Source of the DNA: an uncultured Isosphaeraceae bacterium
GTDB lineage: Bacteria > Planctomycetota > Phycisphaerae > Phycisphaerales > SM1A02
NCBI GenBank assembly: GCA_964623715.1
Contig: CAZURP010000004.1
Coordinates: 1 to 24,193, forward strand
Direction: 5' to 3'
DNA: 24,193 nucleotides
The position numbers and the translations under genes are program-made. This document shows positions 24,077 to 24,193 of this stretch, one piece after another; the stretch's first letter is position 1, and the number at the start of each line of letters is the position of its first letter. Under the pieces are notes generated by a model that made no database searches, was not told the origin of the DNA, and worked only from the letters and a program-made list of their open reading frames with translations.

Positions 24077-24157
24077 CCCACATTGGCGTCTGACCCCAAA
24101 GGTGTCTGACCCCAAAGGTGGGTGTGACTGGCCCCAATGTGGGTGTGACTGTCACTC
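24077..24157. repeat. REP-like cluster of short imperfect palindromes
   Basis: Exact tandem GTCTGACCCCAAAGGT x2 (24088-24103, 24104-24119); GTGGGTGTGACTG x2 (24118-24130, 24139-24151); 10-bp inverted repeat CCCACATTGG (24077-24086) / CCAATGTGGG (24134-24143); palindrome GTGAC-T-GTCAC (24145-24155). Confidence 0.75.
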
Positions 24158-24193
24158 TCAAACGGCGATCAAGGCAATTTCGATGCAAAAAAG

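Noticed and set aside
474-24093. The many 60-233 aa alternative-frame and antisense ORFs in the track (e.g. 3864..4565, 2904..3494, 17760..18239)
   Set aside because: All lie within well-supported genes and show no motifs or independent start signals; treated as shadow ORFs.
24088-24151. CRISPR array interpretation of the tandem repeats
   Set aside because: Units are 13-16 bp, adjacent or 8 bp apart, with no spacers and no cas genes.
24158-24193. Possible 3' end of an upstream minus-strand gene (LFCIEIALIAV-stop)
   Set aside because: Only 12 codons are visible, too few to support a call.

Overview
Gene-dense chromosomal window with short intergenic spaces and many overlapping stop/start codons. 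The gene families present suggest a Planctomycetota, probably Phycisphaerae-like, genome (inference). I found no prophage, transposase, CRISPR array, tRNA or rRNA. Left to right: truncated prepilin-type gene (-), ECF sigma factor and anti-sigma (+), an unannotated ~190-nt structured RNA with 6S architecture (-), MFS transporter, rpsA, an exported AMMECR1-like fusion and a secretin-N-like protein (+). Next comes a ~10.7 kb minus-strand run (hppA, rsfS, alpha/beta hydrolase, PQQ-repeat protein, trmB, double zinc finger, histidine kinase, MacB-type permease, S9 peptidase), then rpsU (-), a YacP-like NYN protein (+), pdxH, a zinc metalloprotease and purE (-). The main non-coding signals are the 6S-like RNA with a symmetric -10 shared with the MFS gene, a 19-bp palindrome present three times, TANNNT-N6/7-ATG leaderless-type starts at four genes, and a REP-like repeat cluster at the right edge. 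PdxH has lost the EFW of its family signature. All family calls are from motif recognition by eye; no searches or folding programs were run.
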